A DNA stretch of 64,000 nucleotides from Capsulimonadaceae bacterium (GCA_965215505.1 OZ244065.1:5216001-5280000), one strand, 5' to 3'. Counted from the first letter of the stretch, positions 8,762-18,441 are shown. Translations and numbers: made by a program. The notes: generated by a model from the letters alone, not told the origin.

Positions 8762-10444
8762 CTAAAACAGGCCGGTGATCTGGCCCGCCGCGTCAATATC
8801 AATGTCCAGTGCGGCCGGGTGCTTTGGCAGGCCGGGCATCGTCAGGATGTCGCCCACGAGCGCGACGACGAATCCTGCCCCTGCCGATAGGGTGAGCGCG
8901 CGGACCCGGAGCGTGAACCCGGTCGGGGCACCCCGCCGGGTCGAGTCGTCGGTGAACGAGTACTGCGTCTTGGCGACGCACACCGGCAGGCGGTCGAACC
9001 CGTGCGCGTTCAGCCAGGCGATCTGCTTCTCGGCCTCGGCACTCAGCTCGACGCCGTCCGCGCCGTATACCTTCGTCACGATCTCGCGCAACTTCTCCGG
9101 GATCGTCTTGTTCACGTCGTAAATCGGCTGGAACTGCCCCGGCGTCTCCAAAGCATCCAGGACGGCCTGCCCCAGCACACGCCCGCCCGCGCCGCCTTCG
9201 GCCCAGACATTGTTGACGGCGACGCGCCAGCCGCGCTCCCGGCAGTGCGCGACGACGGCCTCCACCTCGGCGGGCGTGTCCTGCGCGAACGTGTTGACCG
9301 TCACCACGAACGGGACACCGATCTGGCCGACATTCGCCGCATGGCGATCTAAATTCGGCAGGCCGCGCTTGACCGCCTCCACGTCTTCACGGTTCAGGTG
9401 CGTCTTGCCGACCCCGCCATGCATCTTCAGGGCGCGGACGGTGGCGATCAGCACAACGGCATCCGGCGACAGGGCGGGCTGCCGGGGTGCGGCCACAATA
9501 TCGCAGAACTTCTCGAAGCCCAGGTCTGACCCGAAACCGGCTTCGGTGACTACATACTCGCCCAGCCGCAGGGCCAGCTTCGTCCCAAGCACGCTGGAAC
9601 AGCCGTGGGCGATGTTGGCGAATGGGCCGCCATGCACGAACGCGGGCGTTCCCTCCAAAGTCTGAACCAGGTTCGGCTTGATCGCGTCCCGCAGCAGGGC
9701 GGCCATGGCCCCCGACGCGCCCAGATCGCCCGCCGTGATCGGGTGGCCCTTGACGGTCTGCCCGATGACGATGCGCGCCAGCCGCTCCTTCAGCTCCGCC
9801 AGCGACTCGGCAAGGCACAAAATCGCCATGACCTCGGAGGCGACCGTGATCTGGAACCCGGACTGCCGAGGGTAGCCGTTCCCCTTGCCGCCCATCCCCA
9901 CCACCGTCTCGCGCAGGGCACGGTCGTTGACGTCCAGGCAGCGCCGGTGCGCGACCGTCCGCACATCAATTCCCAGCGCGTTCCCCTGGTAGATGTGGTT
10001 GTCGGTCATCGCCGCCAGCAGGTTGTTCGCCGAGGTCAGGGCGTGCATGTCGCCGGTGAAGTGCAGGTTGATGTCCTCCATAGGCAAAACCTGCGCGTGG
10101 CCGCCGCCCGCCGCCCCGCCCTTCATGCCGAAGACAGGACCCATGGAAGGCTCCCGGATGGCCGCGATGCCCTTCTTCCCCAACTTACAAAGCCCTTGCG
10201 CCAGCCCGATGACGACCGTAGTCTTGCCCTCGCCAGCCGGTGTCGGCGTGATCGCCGTCACCACGATCAGCTTGCCGCGTGGCGCGTCGGCTTCCGTCAG
10301 AAGCCGTTCCAGCGTCGGCTGGCTGATCTTGGCCTTGTCGCGGCCGTAGGGTTCCAAATCGTCGGGCGTCAGCTCCAGGTCGGCTGCCACAGCCGCAATT
10401 GGGCGGGGGGTGACGGAATGGGCGATCTCCAGGTCGGTCGGCAT
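8762..10444 (-). CDS. fhs: Formate--tetrahydrofolate ligase
   Basis: TPTPAGEGKTT, GMKGGAAGGG, HGGPFANIAHG, VTEAGFGSDLG, AKTQYSF. Confidence 0.98.
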   Translation of the reverse strand: MPTDLEIAHSVTPRPIAAVAADLELTPDDLEPYGRDKAKISQPTLERLLTEADAPRGKLIVVTAITPTPAGEGKTTVVIGLAQGLCKLGKKGIAAIREPSMGPVFGMKGGAAGGGHAQVLPMEDINLHFTGDMHALTSANNLLAAMTDNHIYQGNALGIDVRTVAHRRCLDVNDRALRETVVGMGGKGNGYPRQSGFQITVASEVMAILCLAESLAELKERLARIVIGQTVKGHPITAGDLGASGAMAALLRDAIKPNLVQTLEGTPAFVHGGPFANIAHGCSSVLGTKLALRLGEYVVTEAGFGSDLGFEKFCDIVAAPRQPALSPDAVVLIATVRALKMHGGVGKTHLNREDVEAVKRGLPNLDRHAANVGQIGVPFVVTVNTFAQDTPAEVEAVVAHCRERGWRVAVNNVWAEGGAGGRVLGQAVLDALETPGQFQPIYDVNKTIPEKLREIVTKVYGADGVELSAEAEKQIAWLNAHGFDRLPVCVAKTQYSFTDDSTRRGAPTGFTLRVRALTLSAGAGFVVALVGDILTMPGLPKHPAALDIDIDAAGQITGLF

Positions 10445-10447
10445 TAC

Positions 10448-11161
10448 TTACTTTCTCGTTTCGTTCGGATAAATGGCGATCTGCGAGCCTTCGGCCAGCA
10501 CGACCGAGTCCGGTGTCCGCCCTTGCAGAAACTCCCAGCGGTCGCCGTACAGGTGCGCGAAGTCAATGGTCATGTCGTAACTCTCAATCGGGTACGTCCG
10601 CCAGGACGGGTGCCAGACGCGGAAGCCCGTCCCCGTGCCGCCCAGGCGACTCCGGTTGAAGCCCATCGGCTGCTCCTTCACCCACGTCTCGAAGCTCTCG
10701 AGCGGTGGCAGCACGGCACCCCCGCGCGCCGACACGGCCACCATCTGCGGCTTGCCCTCTACGATGAAGTCGTGCCGCACTCGGCGGAGGTCCCCCACCT
10801 GCGTCACGCGGCTCGTGATCGGGACGGCACTGTACGGTTCATTATACAGCAGTTTTGCCAATCCGCACACCAGCGGGTTCGGGGCAAGCTCCCGCACGAA
10901 GACCACCCCGCGCTGTCCCCCCTGCGTCACATACAGCCGCAGGTTGAACTCGGGGAAGTCGCACAGCGAGCGGGGGTAGGGGACGCTCCACCCCAGCACG
11001 CGTGCCCGCTCGAAGTTGAAGGCGACGAGGCTGCACCACGCGCTCCCCTTCCACCGGTCCGGCTCCAATCCAGGCGCGAGATAGTTGGTCAAAGCTTCGT
11101 CAGGAACGGCATACGAGATCAGGATCAGGTCGGACCAGACGGCGGTGAGGAAGGGGGTCAT
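10448..11161 (-). CDS. DUF2071/YqjF-family protein
   Basis: FLTAVWSDL..SYAV, FPEFNLRLYV, GVVFVRE, YNEPY motifs. Confidence 0.8.
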   Translation of the reverse strand: MTPFLTAVWSDLILISYAVPDEALTNYLAPGLEPDRWKGSAWCSLVAFNFERARVLGWSVPYPRSLCDFPEFNLRLYVTQGGQRGVVFVRELAPNPLVCGLAKLLYNEPYSAVPITSRVTQVGDLRRVRHDFIVEGKPQMVAVSARGGAVLPPLESFETWVKEQPMGFNRSRLGGTGTGFRVWHPSWRTYPIESYDMTIDFAHLYGDRWEFLQGRTPDSVVLAEGSQIAIYPNETRK

Positions 11162-11173
11162 GCGGCCTAGTTT

Positions 11174-11338
11174 CTAAAGGTCTTCCAGGTATTTCCAGGC
11201 TTCGTTTTCTTCCGGTGTGTCCCAGAGGCGGCTCAAAACCGGCTCGGCAGCAAGCATCGTCAGGCGGGCTAGGTTTTCGCCCGGTTCTTCTTCCCAGGAG
11301 AAAGACTCCCCATCGGGTTTATCCTCTGTTTCGTTCAT
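11174..11338 (-). CDS. Small acidic antitoxin-like protein (54 aa, absent from ORF track)
   Basis: MNETEDKPDGESFSWEEEPGENLARLTMLAAEPVLSRLWDTPEENEAWKYLEDL; GAGG RBS; W.TPEE..AW..L tail resembles antitoxin C-termini. Confidence 0.6.
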   Translation of the reverse strand: MNETEDKPDGESFSWEEEPGENLARLTMLAAEPVLSRLWDTPEENEAWKYLEDL

Positions 11339-11375
11339 TTTGCCTCAGCCTCCGATACGCCCAAGCGACAGAAGT

Positions 11376-11480
11376 GCGAGCGGTTGAAAACCGCTCGCTA
11401 GGTGAAGCACCCTCCGGGTGGAGGAGCCTTCCTGCCGTCCGCAGGATGCCTTTCCTAGCGAGCGATTTTCAACCACTCGT
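11376..11480. repeat. REP-like inverted doublet, family A
   Basis: GCGAGCGGTTGAAAACCGCTCGCTAGG (11376-11402) and its inverted copy (11454-11480), 24/27 match; each arm is a hairpin; two small internal hairpins. Confidence 0.8.
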
Positions 11481-11491
11481 TCTGGCTCGTT

Positions 11492-11977
11492 CTAGCTCCC
11501 ATGCAGCATCAGTGCCGTCAGCACGGTCGCGAAGGAAACCCAGGCGACGACGGGCAGCACTAACCCGGCGGCGGCCCTGGAAGTCGTCTTGACCTGGGAA
11601 GCGACCCAGACCGCCGCAGCGATGGTCGCGACGTTGCCGACCAGCCCGACGGCGACGCTTTTCAGGCCCATCGTGTAGAACGGGTACGCCAGGCAGAACA
11701 GCAGGAGGAGGACGATGTACCCCGCCTGCCGCCCGGCCTGCGCGCCGCCGGATCGCATGACGAACCAGCGGGCCGCCCCGAGGAAGGCGAACAGGATGAC
11801 CCAGACGACGCCGACGAGCCAGCCGGGCGGGTCGAGGCGCGACTGCTGCGCGGCGGGCGTGTCGGTCTGGAACCAGCCCGACAGGAAGATGACCGCATTC
11901 ACGGCGATGACGGTCACGATGGCCGCCGCGACGTTCGCGGCCAGGCCGACACGGTCAGTGCGGTTAAATATGTTCAT
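11492..11977 (-). CDS. tspO: TspO/MBR tryptophan-rich sensory protein
   Basis: DPPGWLVGVVWVILF, AAGLVLPVVAWVSFATVL; five TM segments. Confidence 0.8.
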   Translation of the reverse strand: MNIFNRTDRVGLAANVAAAIVTVIAVNAVIFLSGWFQTDTPAAQQSRLDPPGWLVGVVWVILFAFLGAARWFVMRSGGAQAGRQAGYIVLLLLFCLAYPFYTMGLKSVAVGLVGNVATIAAAVWVASQVKTTSRAAAGLVLPVVAWVSFATVLTALMLHGS

Positions 11978-12468
11978 CCTCTTTTTGCTCCGGGTACACC
12001 CTGAACTGAAATGCCGTGCTGCTCAAGCCAGCTCAAATCCAGCGCCCACTGGTACTTGCTCCGCCGCTCCCAGACCGTGAACTGCTCCGCGATGTAGCGC
12101 GCCGCCTCCCGCGCCGTCCAGCCGTTCACCTTCGCCAGATGCCGGGCGGCGATGTCGCCCCGGCCCTTGATGTTCGCCAGCCCGATGTGCTTCACCTCAT
12201 GGCAGGCGGGGCAGAGGGCGGTCAAGCCCAGCAATGTCTGCGTGTGCCGCTCGTCATCGTACTCCCAGATCTCGTGACACTCGACCGGCCACTTGGGGCC
12301 GCGCCCGCCGCAGACCTCGCACCGGCTCCCGGCGGCATCGGAGGTGAGCCTTCGGAGCCGGTCCCACTCCGCCGCGCTGACTTCGGAGCGGACATTGGAG
12401 AACCAGCAGGTTTGGGGCACAAGCTCAATCGTGAGGCGGTTCGTGCCAGTATGTTCTTGGGTCTGCAT
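11974..12468 (-). CDS. HNH endonuclease-like protein
   Basis: CEVCG...VECHEIW...LCPACHEVKH zinc-binding HNH motif; ATGA overlap with tspO. Confidence 0.8.
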   Translation of the reverse strand: MQTQEHTGTNRLTIELVPQTCWFSNVRSEVSAAEWDRLRRLTSDAAGSRCEVCGGRGPKWPVECHEIWEYDDERHTQTLLGLTALCPACHEVKHIGLANIKGRGDIAARHLAKVNGWTAREAARYIAEQFTVWERRSKYQWALDLSWLEQHGISVQGVPGAKRG

Positions 12469-12582
12469 GCTTATCTACTGCTTCTAATACGTTCCCATTT
12501 GGCAACCCAGCCACTCCGGTACACATATCAGGCGGTAAAACCCGCGAACAGACACGAAGGATTCATAGCCTTCGGCATTGTG

Positions 12583-15500
12583 TCAGAGCAACCTAGAAGC
12601 TGCCCATGCGTCAATTGAGGTACAGATTTCTTGGCGTTGCAATGGAAGGAGTGACATGATCTTAACCACCTCTCGTTTCATCCTAACGAGGGTTGTCAAT
12701 CTGTCGCGCCCAACGACGAGCGACATTAGCATTGTGTTCAGCACAAAAAGTTTCGTTTGCGGTAGCGATGGCTGAATCCACAGCCACTTCACAACTTGCG
12801 CGGCAATCAGGATTGCGTCGCTATCATCTGTGTAAGGAGACACAAGTGTTTCAAAGACGCGAGTTATCTGCGGCGTGGTTTTGAGGGCGTCACGCTTCAA
12901 TATCCACTGGAACAAGGCAGCATCTACTCTCACGATAAAGTAGTTGCCAATCACAAGCTTCTCAACAGCGGCATTATACTGGTCGATACTGAGGATGTCT
13001 CGGTTCCGCAGGTTTTCAAGAATTGCCTGCGTCCAAACCCCAGGAACTTGCTGATCTTTGTGCGCGATTACCCTTAAGACAAGGTCATCTGTGTAGAGTG
13101 GGACCTTTTGCCCGTAGGCAAGTGCGATTGCTCCCGCTGCTGATACGCCTAAACCCTTTACAATTTCCTGGTTTATCGTAATCAAATCAAGCGCCGGCAA
13201 TATATGGGTAGAGTTTCGGATATATGCAACAACATTTTTAACAAACTCTCTCTGCTTCGCGACCTGGTCAGCCGACACTTCCTGATGAACGTAGTGATCC
13301 CCTTCACTCCAGATGGAATGATGGGGCCGAGCGTCTAGAGTCTCGTCCAGATAGCGGTTGAGAGCATCTAAGGTAGATTGTGCAACCAGGAGCCTGCTAA
13401 ATGCCTGTGACACTGGCGCTTCTAGTTCAAGGTACTGGATGGTGAATAGCGCACTGGTTTCCAGCGCCAGAGTATCCGTTGTTGCTAGAATAGCCCTCTG
13501 GTTGCCCCACTCCTGTGGGTCACTGGTTGCGGCGTTTACGCGCCCCCCACGCGAGCTTATGAGAGTTGACCATACCTCAAACTCCGACCGTTTTAGCCAA
13601 TCGGCCATCACGCAGAGAGGTATTTTGTTCTCCTCATAAGCCGCGCGAATCGACTCACCGCGCTCCCGAAGTTGATCCAAGTTTGTCTTGAAGTTGGGCA
13701 TGAATTCTGGGTCAGTTATGTCACCAACAAAAATGCTCGGATCATGGAATTGTCCTGTCTCGAATCGCTTCATGCTTTCCTGAAACGCAAAAACGTACTT
13801 ACTCAGAATTTCCGATACGCTATATTTGATCGCTCCGAATGGCCCATCCTGAAGATTAACTTCATCTCCGACACGCAGGCCGCGCAGTTTAGCCGCATAG
13901 GGATGTGACGGATTAATCTCACCATTCGCCTCATGTACCACCGCTTCATCAAGCAACGTGAAAGCTAGCGTCTTCCCATTGCGTGTCAAACGAACTGAGC
14001 TGTCTACACCCACTTCGGCGGGGCCGACACTAATCGCTCCTGTTTCATTAGCGTTGAGTTCTGGAAAGAGTTGCATATATCCGGTGTGAACATTGGCATC
14101 ATCATGGGCGATGCGCCTGGCCCTATAGGCGAACCGTAGCACCTCCGGCATATCGAGTCTGTTGCGGGCGAACGCCATACGCATCAGTAGTTCAGGATCA
14201 TCTTTAATAGCCTCGTATGGCACTCTCTGGGCGGCAGCCCTTGCCGCCTCCTTATCACCACGTCGGGATTCAATTAGTACCAAACGAACGGAGAGTGACA
14301 AATTCTTCGGCTCGATCTCCTGTAACTGAGATAGAATGGTCGCAGCCCCATTCCAGTCGCTGACCTCTTCCAAGATCACTGCCTCGATCTCGGAGATCAT
14401 TGGAATGGGTGTCCCGTCTGCCCTCAACAAACGGGCAATTTCGAGGGCTTCCTGAGACTGTCCCGTCCGGTAGAGAGAGTAAACATATTCCCGCAACTCT
14501 ATACTGTCCTTTGTAGTATCTACAATAGATTTGTATGTCTCCGCTGCCTTTGCAAAGTTACCCAGTTTGTAGTAGAGTTGGGCAAGCTGATAAGCTATCC
14601 AGTCGCGTACATGCCCCTGAGCGACTGCCAAACCTTGCTCAAGCAGAGCGACGGCTTCATCCTGCTTCCCCTCTGCCACTCGTCTAGATGATAGTACGGA
14701 CAACGTATCCGGGTCATTGGGCCAGCCCTGAAGTAACTCCGCTTCAATTTGTGCTGTTTTGTCCGCATCCCCGAGGCGTGAGTACGCGTTCATCAGCATG
14801 TTCGCGATATAAATCTTGTCACGCTCATGCGACGGCGTTTCCCACAGAGGGGTCAGCACTTCAATTACTTTTGCGAATTGCCCTAGCGAGTTATGCGCGG
14901 TGGCAAGGGGTAATGCCGCGCCCGTCTTCTCGTCCTCACCCTGGATTTGCTCGAAAAACTGGATGGCCCTTTCTTTGTCGCCTCTCCGCAAGAGAATCTG
15001 GCCTTTGTTGCGTAAGGCGGTATCCTGGTGTTTGTTCTCCGCGAGTACCTTATCACAGTCCTGTTCAGCCTCATCTAGCTGACCCAGAGCGGCCAAAACG
15101 CCTGCCCTGTTTGCGAGCGCGATGTGCCGCATGTTAGGATTGTTCCGGTCTGCCGTCAGTGTGATAACCGCAGTCAGAGCCTCGGCTGCTTCCTGTCTTC
15201 TTGCAGAAGTCTGCTCCTCCTGCTTACCTGGGAGCGGTGGGTCTTCATGCATTGACCGTTGTGAAGGAATTAATATCGACTGGGCAAGTAACAAGTATGC
15301 CAAAGGATTTTCGTCGTCGGCACTTATAGCATCCCGGAGGTACTGTTCAGCTTTCTCATAGTCGCCATCTTGAAAACTAAAGTCACCGAGATTTGTCAGG
15401 CACATTGGGTCGGTAGTGATCCACGGCTCGTCCGCGATTATTTGCTCGATCTCTTCAAGCCGGCTCTGAAGATGTAAAACACCCATATAGATCGAAGTCG

Positions 15501-16587
15501 CTACGGGCGACTGTTTCTCCAGTTGACGAACCCTGTCACTCAACCGTAACGCCTCGTCAGCGTCGCCAACGAGTGATGCCGCCGCCGCCGCGTTCGTCAG
15601 AGCCATTAGATCATCAGGCTTATGTGCCAGCGCGCTGTTCAGTTCTAAAACTGCTGTATCCACATCGCCGAGTTCATAGGCACATGCGCCAAGTTGCGTG
15701 GCGATGCGGAACTGGATGTCGAGAGAGACAATCTGGTTTGCAGTTTCGCTTCTTAGCCCCAAGAGTATTTTTCGCGCTGCGCTCGCTTGACCTTCTTGTA
15801 AGAGGCTACGGGCAACGTCCAATTTGGCTGAGTAAGCAGTCTCCTCCACTGAGACAGCAGGTTGCCGAATTCCCGCCTCTGATAGCTGGCGACGAAGCAT
15901 ATCCTCAACAATACTAGTGATTTCCTGCGTTTGCTGCTGAGTAATCTCCTGTTGCGAAATGCGGATTGTCTCAGTTTGAACAGTTATTGCCTTGCTGGCT
16001 TCTTCCGCTAGTTGGCGTTGCTCCACACGCAACGCTAAAACATCCTCCTGAACCCGAGGCAGGAATTGAGTGCCGCCAAAGTTCTCCTCAAGTAGCTGTT
16101 CAACGGCGCGAACTTGATCTAGCTGGAACCTACCAACCTGCGCCAGTATGTCTCGAAAATCCAGAATATCCTTGTCTTTATCAAACTGGAAGTGGCCTTG
16201 AATTATGTCGCTGAAACCGTTTCCAGAGTACGACGCCTGCTTTTGCGTAAGAATATAAATGATGAGCCGATCGTACTTCTCGTACTGTTTGAACTTGACG
16301 AATTGTTCAAGCGTGTGCTTTATTTTCTCCGAATTTGCTGTGGAAGTGATTTGAATCGCCACACGCGCAATTTCATCCCCCAGATCGATTCCAGGATAGT
16401 TTGCTCCTTCTTCGGAGTTCAGGTTTTTCAGGTCCTTGTATCCGTAGACCTCACAGAAGAGTGGAATGAGCACCGTTTCAGCGACACGGTTGATGTCGGT
16501 CATAGTCATCGCTGTTAACCCTTTGACTTGGTCAACAAAAATAGACATAAGCTGATTGATTCGATGCAGTGAGTTGAGAAGATTCAT
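12583..16587 (-). CDS. Large SMEK - TPR - GreA/B C-terminal - PIN multidomain protein (putative defence effector)
   Basis: SMEK-like N-terminus (AETVLIPLF..VYG..LKNLN...NYPGIDLGD...AIQITS...KIKHTL), many TPRs, GreA-C-like VGVDSSVRL...INPSHPYAAKLRGLRVGD, PIN-like LETSAL...LYTDDLVLR; likely start ATG 16587; visibly lower GC than flanks. Confidence 0.8.
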   Translation of the reverse strand: MNLLNSLHRINQLMSIFVDQVKGLTAMTMTDINRVAETVLIPLFCEVYGYKDLKNLNSEEGANYPGIDLGDEIARVAIQITSTANSEKIKHTLEQFVKFKQYEKYDRLIIYILTQKQASYSGNGFSDIIQGHFQFDKDKDILDFRDILAQVGRFQLDQVRAVEQLLEENFGGTQFLPRVQEDVLALRVEQRQLAEEASKAITVQTETIRISQQEITQQQTQEITSIVEDMLRRQLSEAGIRQPAVSVEETAYSAKLDVARSLLQEGQASAARKILLGLRSETANQIVSLDIQFRIATQLGACAYELGDVDTAVLELNSALAHKPDDLMALTNAAAAASLVGDADEALRLSDRVRQLEKQSPVATSIYMGVLHLQSRLEEIEQIIADEPWITTDPMCLTNLGDFSFQDGDYEKAEQYLRDAISADDENPLAYLLLAQSILIPSQRSMHEDPPLPGKQEEQTSARRQEAAEALTAVITLTADRNNPNMRHIALANRAGVLAALGQLDEAEQDCDKVLAENKHQDTALRNKGQILLRRGDKERAIQFFEQIQGEDEKTGAALPLATAHNSLGQFAKVIEVLTPLWETPSHERDKIYIANMLMNAYSRLGDADKTAQIEAELLQGWPNDPDTLSVLSSRRVAEGKQDEAVALLEQGLAVAQGHVRDWIAYQLAQLYYKLGNFAKAAETYKSIVDTTKDSIELREYVYSLYRTGQSQEALEIARLLRADGTPIPMISEIEAVILEEVSDWNGAATILSQLQEIEPKNLSLSVRLVLIESRRGDKEAARAAAQRVPYEAIKDDPELLMRMAFARNRLDMPEVLRFAYRARRIAHDDANVHTGYMQLFPELNANETGAISVGPAEVGVDSSVRLTRNGKTLAFTLLDEAVVHEANGEINPSHPYAAKLRGLRVGDEVNLQDGPFGAIKYSVSEILSKYVFAFQESMKRFETGQFHDPSIFVGDITDPEFMPNFKTNLDQLRERGESIRAAYEENKIPLCVMADWLKRSEFEVWSTLISSRGGRVNAATSDPQEWGNQRAILATTDTLALETSALFTIQYLELEAPVSQAFSRLLVAQSTLDALNRYLDETLDARPHHSIWSEGDHYVHQEVSADQVAKQREFVKNVVAYIRNSTHILPALDLITINQEIVKGLGVSAAGAIALAYGQKVPLYTDDLVLRVIAHKDQQVPGVWTQAILENLRNRDILSIDQYNAAVEKLVIGNYFIVRVDAALFQWILKRDALKTTPQITRVFETLVSPYTDDSDAILIAAQVVKWLWIQPSLPQTKLFVLNTMLMSLVVGRDRLTTLVRMKREVVKIMSLLPLQRQEICTSIDAWAASRLL

Positions 16588-16625
16588 GTCAGGTGAAAAC
16601 TGGTCGCTTTTCAAAGAGGGTCTTA

Positions 16626-18416
16626 CTATCCTTGCGTCGTCGGCAAGCCGAAGGAGTGGAGCCATTCTTGCAGCTTGGCGACGCGGGCCGTCTGCTCGCT
16701 CGGCACGGCGATGGGGCGGCCCCGCGCGTCTATGACCAGGCCGACGACGCCGCCCTCGACGGTGATGGTGCGGGACTTGCCCTTGCCCGCGCCCACGTCA
16801 AAGCCCTTGGCCGGTGTGATGGTCGCCTCGTCGGTCTCCTCGGCGCCCATCGGCAGGACGCGGACCTGGCCGAAGGGGACGACCTCGGTCTTGCCGTTCT
16901 TAAAGGAAACCGTCACGCACGCCTCGCCGTCTTTGGCCGTCCCGATGGGGGCGATGGCGTGGCCCAATTTGATCAGGCAGTCGCGCTCGAAGACCTGCGT
17001 GGCGGCTTCGGGGAGGATGGTGGAGAGGACGCCGAGCTGGGGCATCATGAAGATCGAGTCCACGGCCAGCATGGTGACGCCTTCGGGCGCGTAGGCGTCC
17101 AGCATCATCAGGGCGGACTGAGCGCGGTGCGGGGCGTGGGACAGGACGCCGCCCGACCCGACGATCATGTCCAGTTTCAGCATGTCCACGGTCGTCTTGC
17201 CGGTCGCCTTGTCCAGTTCCATGCCTGCCTCGGTCTGGCCGCCCTTTAGGCCCCGTGCCAGCGACTTGTGGTGGTCGAAGGCCAGCCGCAAAGCCTCGCG
17301 GGCGACGGCCTGCTCGATCTGCAAGTCTTTCAAGGTCTGCGGGATGGTCGTCGGGCGGATCATCTTGTTCCGCAACTGGTTGCGGAGGTAGGCGTCGTCC
17401 GCCTCGAACGGTATCCAGCGGGCGATGGCGGGCAGGCCCGCCTCCGTCAGCACGTTGCAGATGGAGTAAGACATGCCCAGGTTCGCGGACACGGTGCGGA
17501 CGAAGTTGCCGTTGAAGACCGAGAAGACGTCCGTGGTCGCCCCGCCGATGTCCACGCCCAGCACGTTGATGTTACGCTCCCGCGCGATAGTTTCCATGAT
17601 CTTGCCGACGGCGTTGGGCGTGGACATGATGCCGGACGAGGTCCAGGTCATCAGCTTGGCGTAGCCGGGTGCCTGCTGCATGACGTGTTCCAGGAACAAT
17701 TCGTGAATCGCCTCGCGGGCCGGGCCGAGGTTCTCGCGATCCAGGGTGGGCCGCAGGTTCGGCACCTCGCGCAGGTCCACGACGCCGCCGACGATGTCCT
17801 CCACGGCGTGGTGCGCCTCGACATTGCCCGCGTAGATGACCGGCAGTTTCAAGCCCAATCCCAGGCGCGGCTTGGGGTCGGCGGAGCGAAGCATCTCGGC
17901 CATCTCGGTCAGGTGTGTCACCGTCCCGCCGTCCGTCCCGCCCGACATCAGGATCATGTCCGGCCGCAGTGCGCGGATGCGCTCGACCTTCTGGTACTCC
18001 TTGCGCCCGTCATCCACGGCGATGACGTCCATGATGATTGCGCCCGCCCCTAAGGCCGCCCGCTGGGCCGACTCGGCGCTCATGGCCTTGACCACGCCCG
18101 CGACCGTCATCTGCAAGCCCCCGCCCGCCGAGGACGTGCTGAGGTACAGGTCCACCCCGCTGCCGTCGGCCCGCTTGGGCGTGATGACCTTGCCGTCTTC
18201 GTCCAGGATGGTATAGCCGGAAAGCTCCTGTATCTCGCGGGCCGCGTTGGAGACGCCCACGGTCACGTCGTCGAACGGCGCTTCCACAGTGGTCGGGGCC
18301 TCGCCGCGCGTCGTCTGGCGGTACACGTCGCCCTGCTTTTCGATGAGAATGGCCTTGGTCGTCGTGCTGCCGCAGTCGGTGGCGAGGATGGTTTGGATGT
18401 TGCTGTTATCTGGCAT
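16626..18416 (-). CDS. Glutamate mutase L (GlmL/MutL-type reactivase) family protein
   Basis: TDCGSTTTKA, STSSAGGGL, GGTDGG, VDIGGATTDVFS ASKHA-ATPase motifs. Confidence 0.85.
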   Translation of the reverse strand: MPDNSNIQTILATDCGSTTTKAILIEKQGDVYRQTTRGEAPTTVEAPFDDVTVGVSNAAREIQELSGYTILDEDGKVITPKRADGSGVDLYLSTSSAGGGLQMTVAGVVKAMSAESAQRAALGAGAIIMDVIAVDDGRKEYQKVERIRALRPDMILMSGGTDGGTVTHLTEMAEMLRSADPKPRLGLGLKLPVIYAGNVEAHHAVEDIVGGVVDLREVPNLRPTLDRENLGPAREAIHELFLEHVMQQAPGYAKLMTWTSSGIMSTPNAVGKIMETIARERNINVLGVDIGGATTDVFSVFNGNFVRTVSANLGMSYSICNVLTEAGLPAIARWIPFEADDAYLRNQLRNKMIRPTTIPQTLKDLQIEQAVAREALRLAFDHHKSLARGLKGGQTEAGMELDKATGKTTVDMLKLDMIVGSGGVLSHAPHRAQSALMMLDAYAPEGVTMLAVDSIFMMPQLGVLSTILPEAATQVFERDCLIKLGHAIAPIGTAKDGEACVTVSFKNGKTEVVPFGQVRVLPMGAEETDEATITPAKGFDVGAGKGKSRTITVEGGVVGLVIDARGRPIAVPSEQTARVAKLQEWLHSFGLPTTQG

Positions 18417-18441
18417 CAGTCGGGGTTCCTATCGTTCCAGG

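Noticed and set aside
11162-11490. ZTP/THF riboswitch expected upstream of fhs
   Set aside because: No matching core motifs; the region is explained by a small ORF and a REP doublet
12469-12582. Possible gene fragment between the SMEK gene and the HNH gene
   Set aside because: One short open frame without a start codon; nothing recognisable
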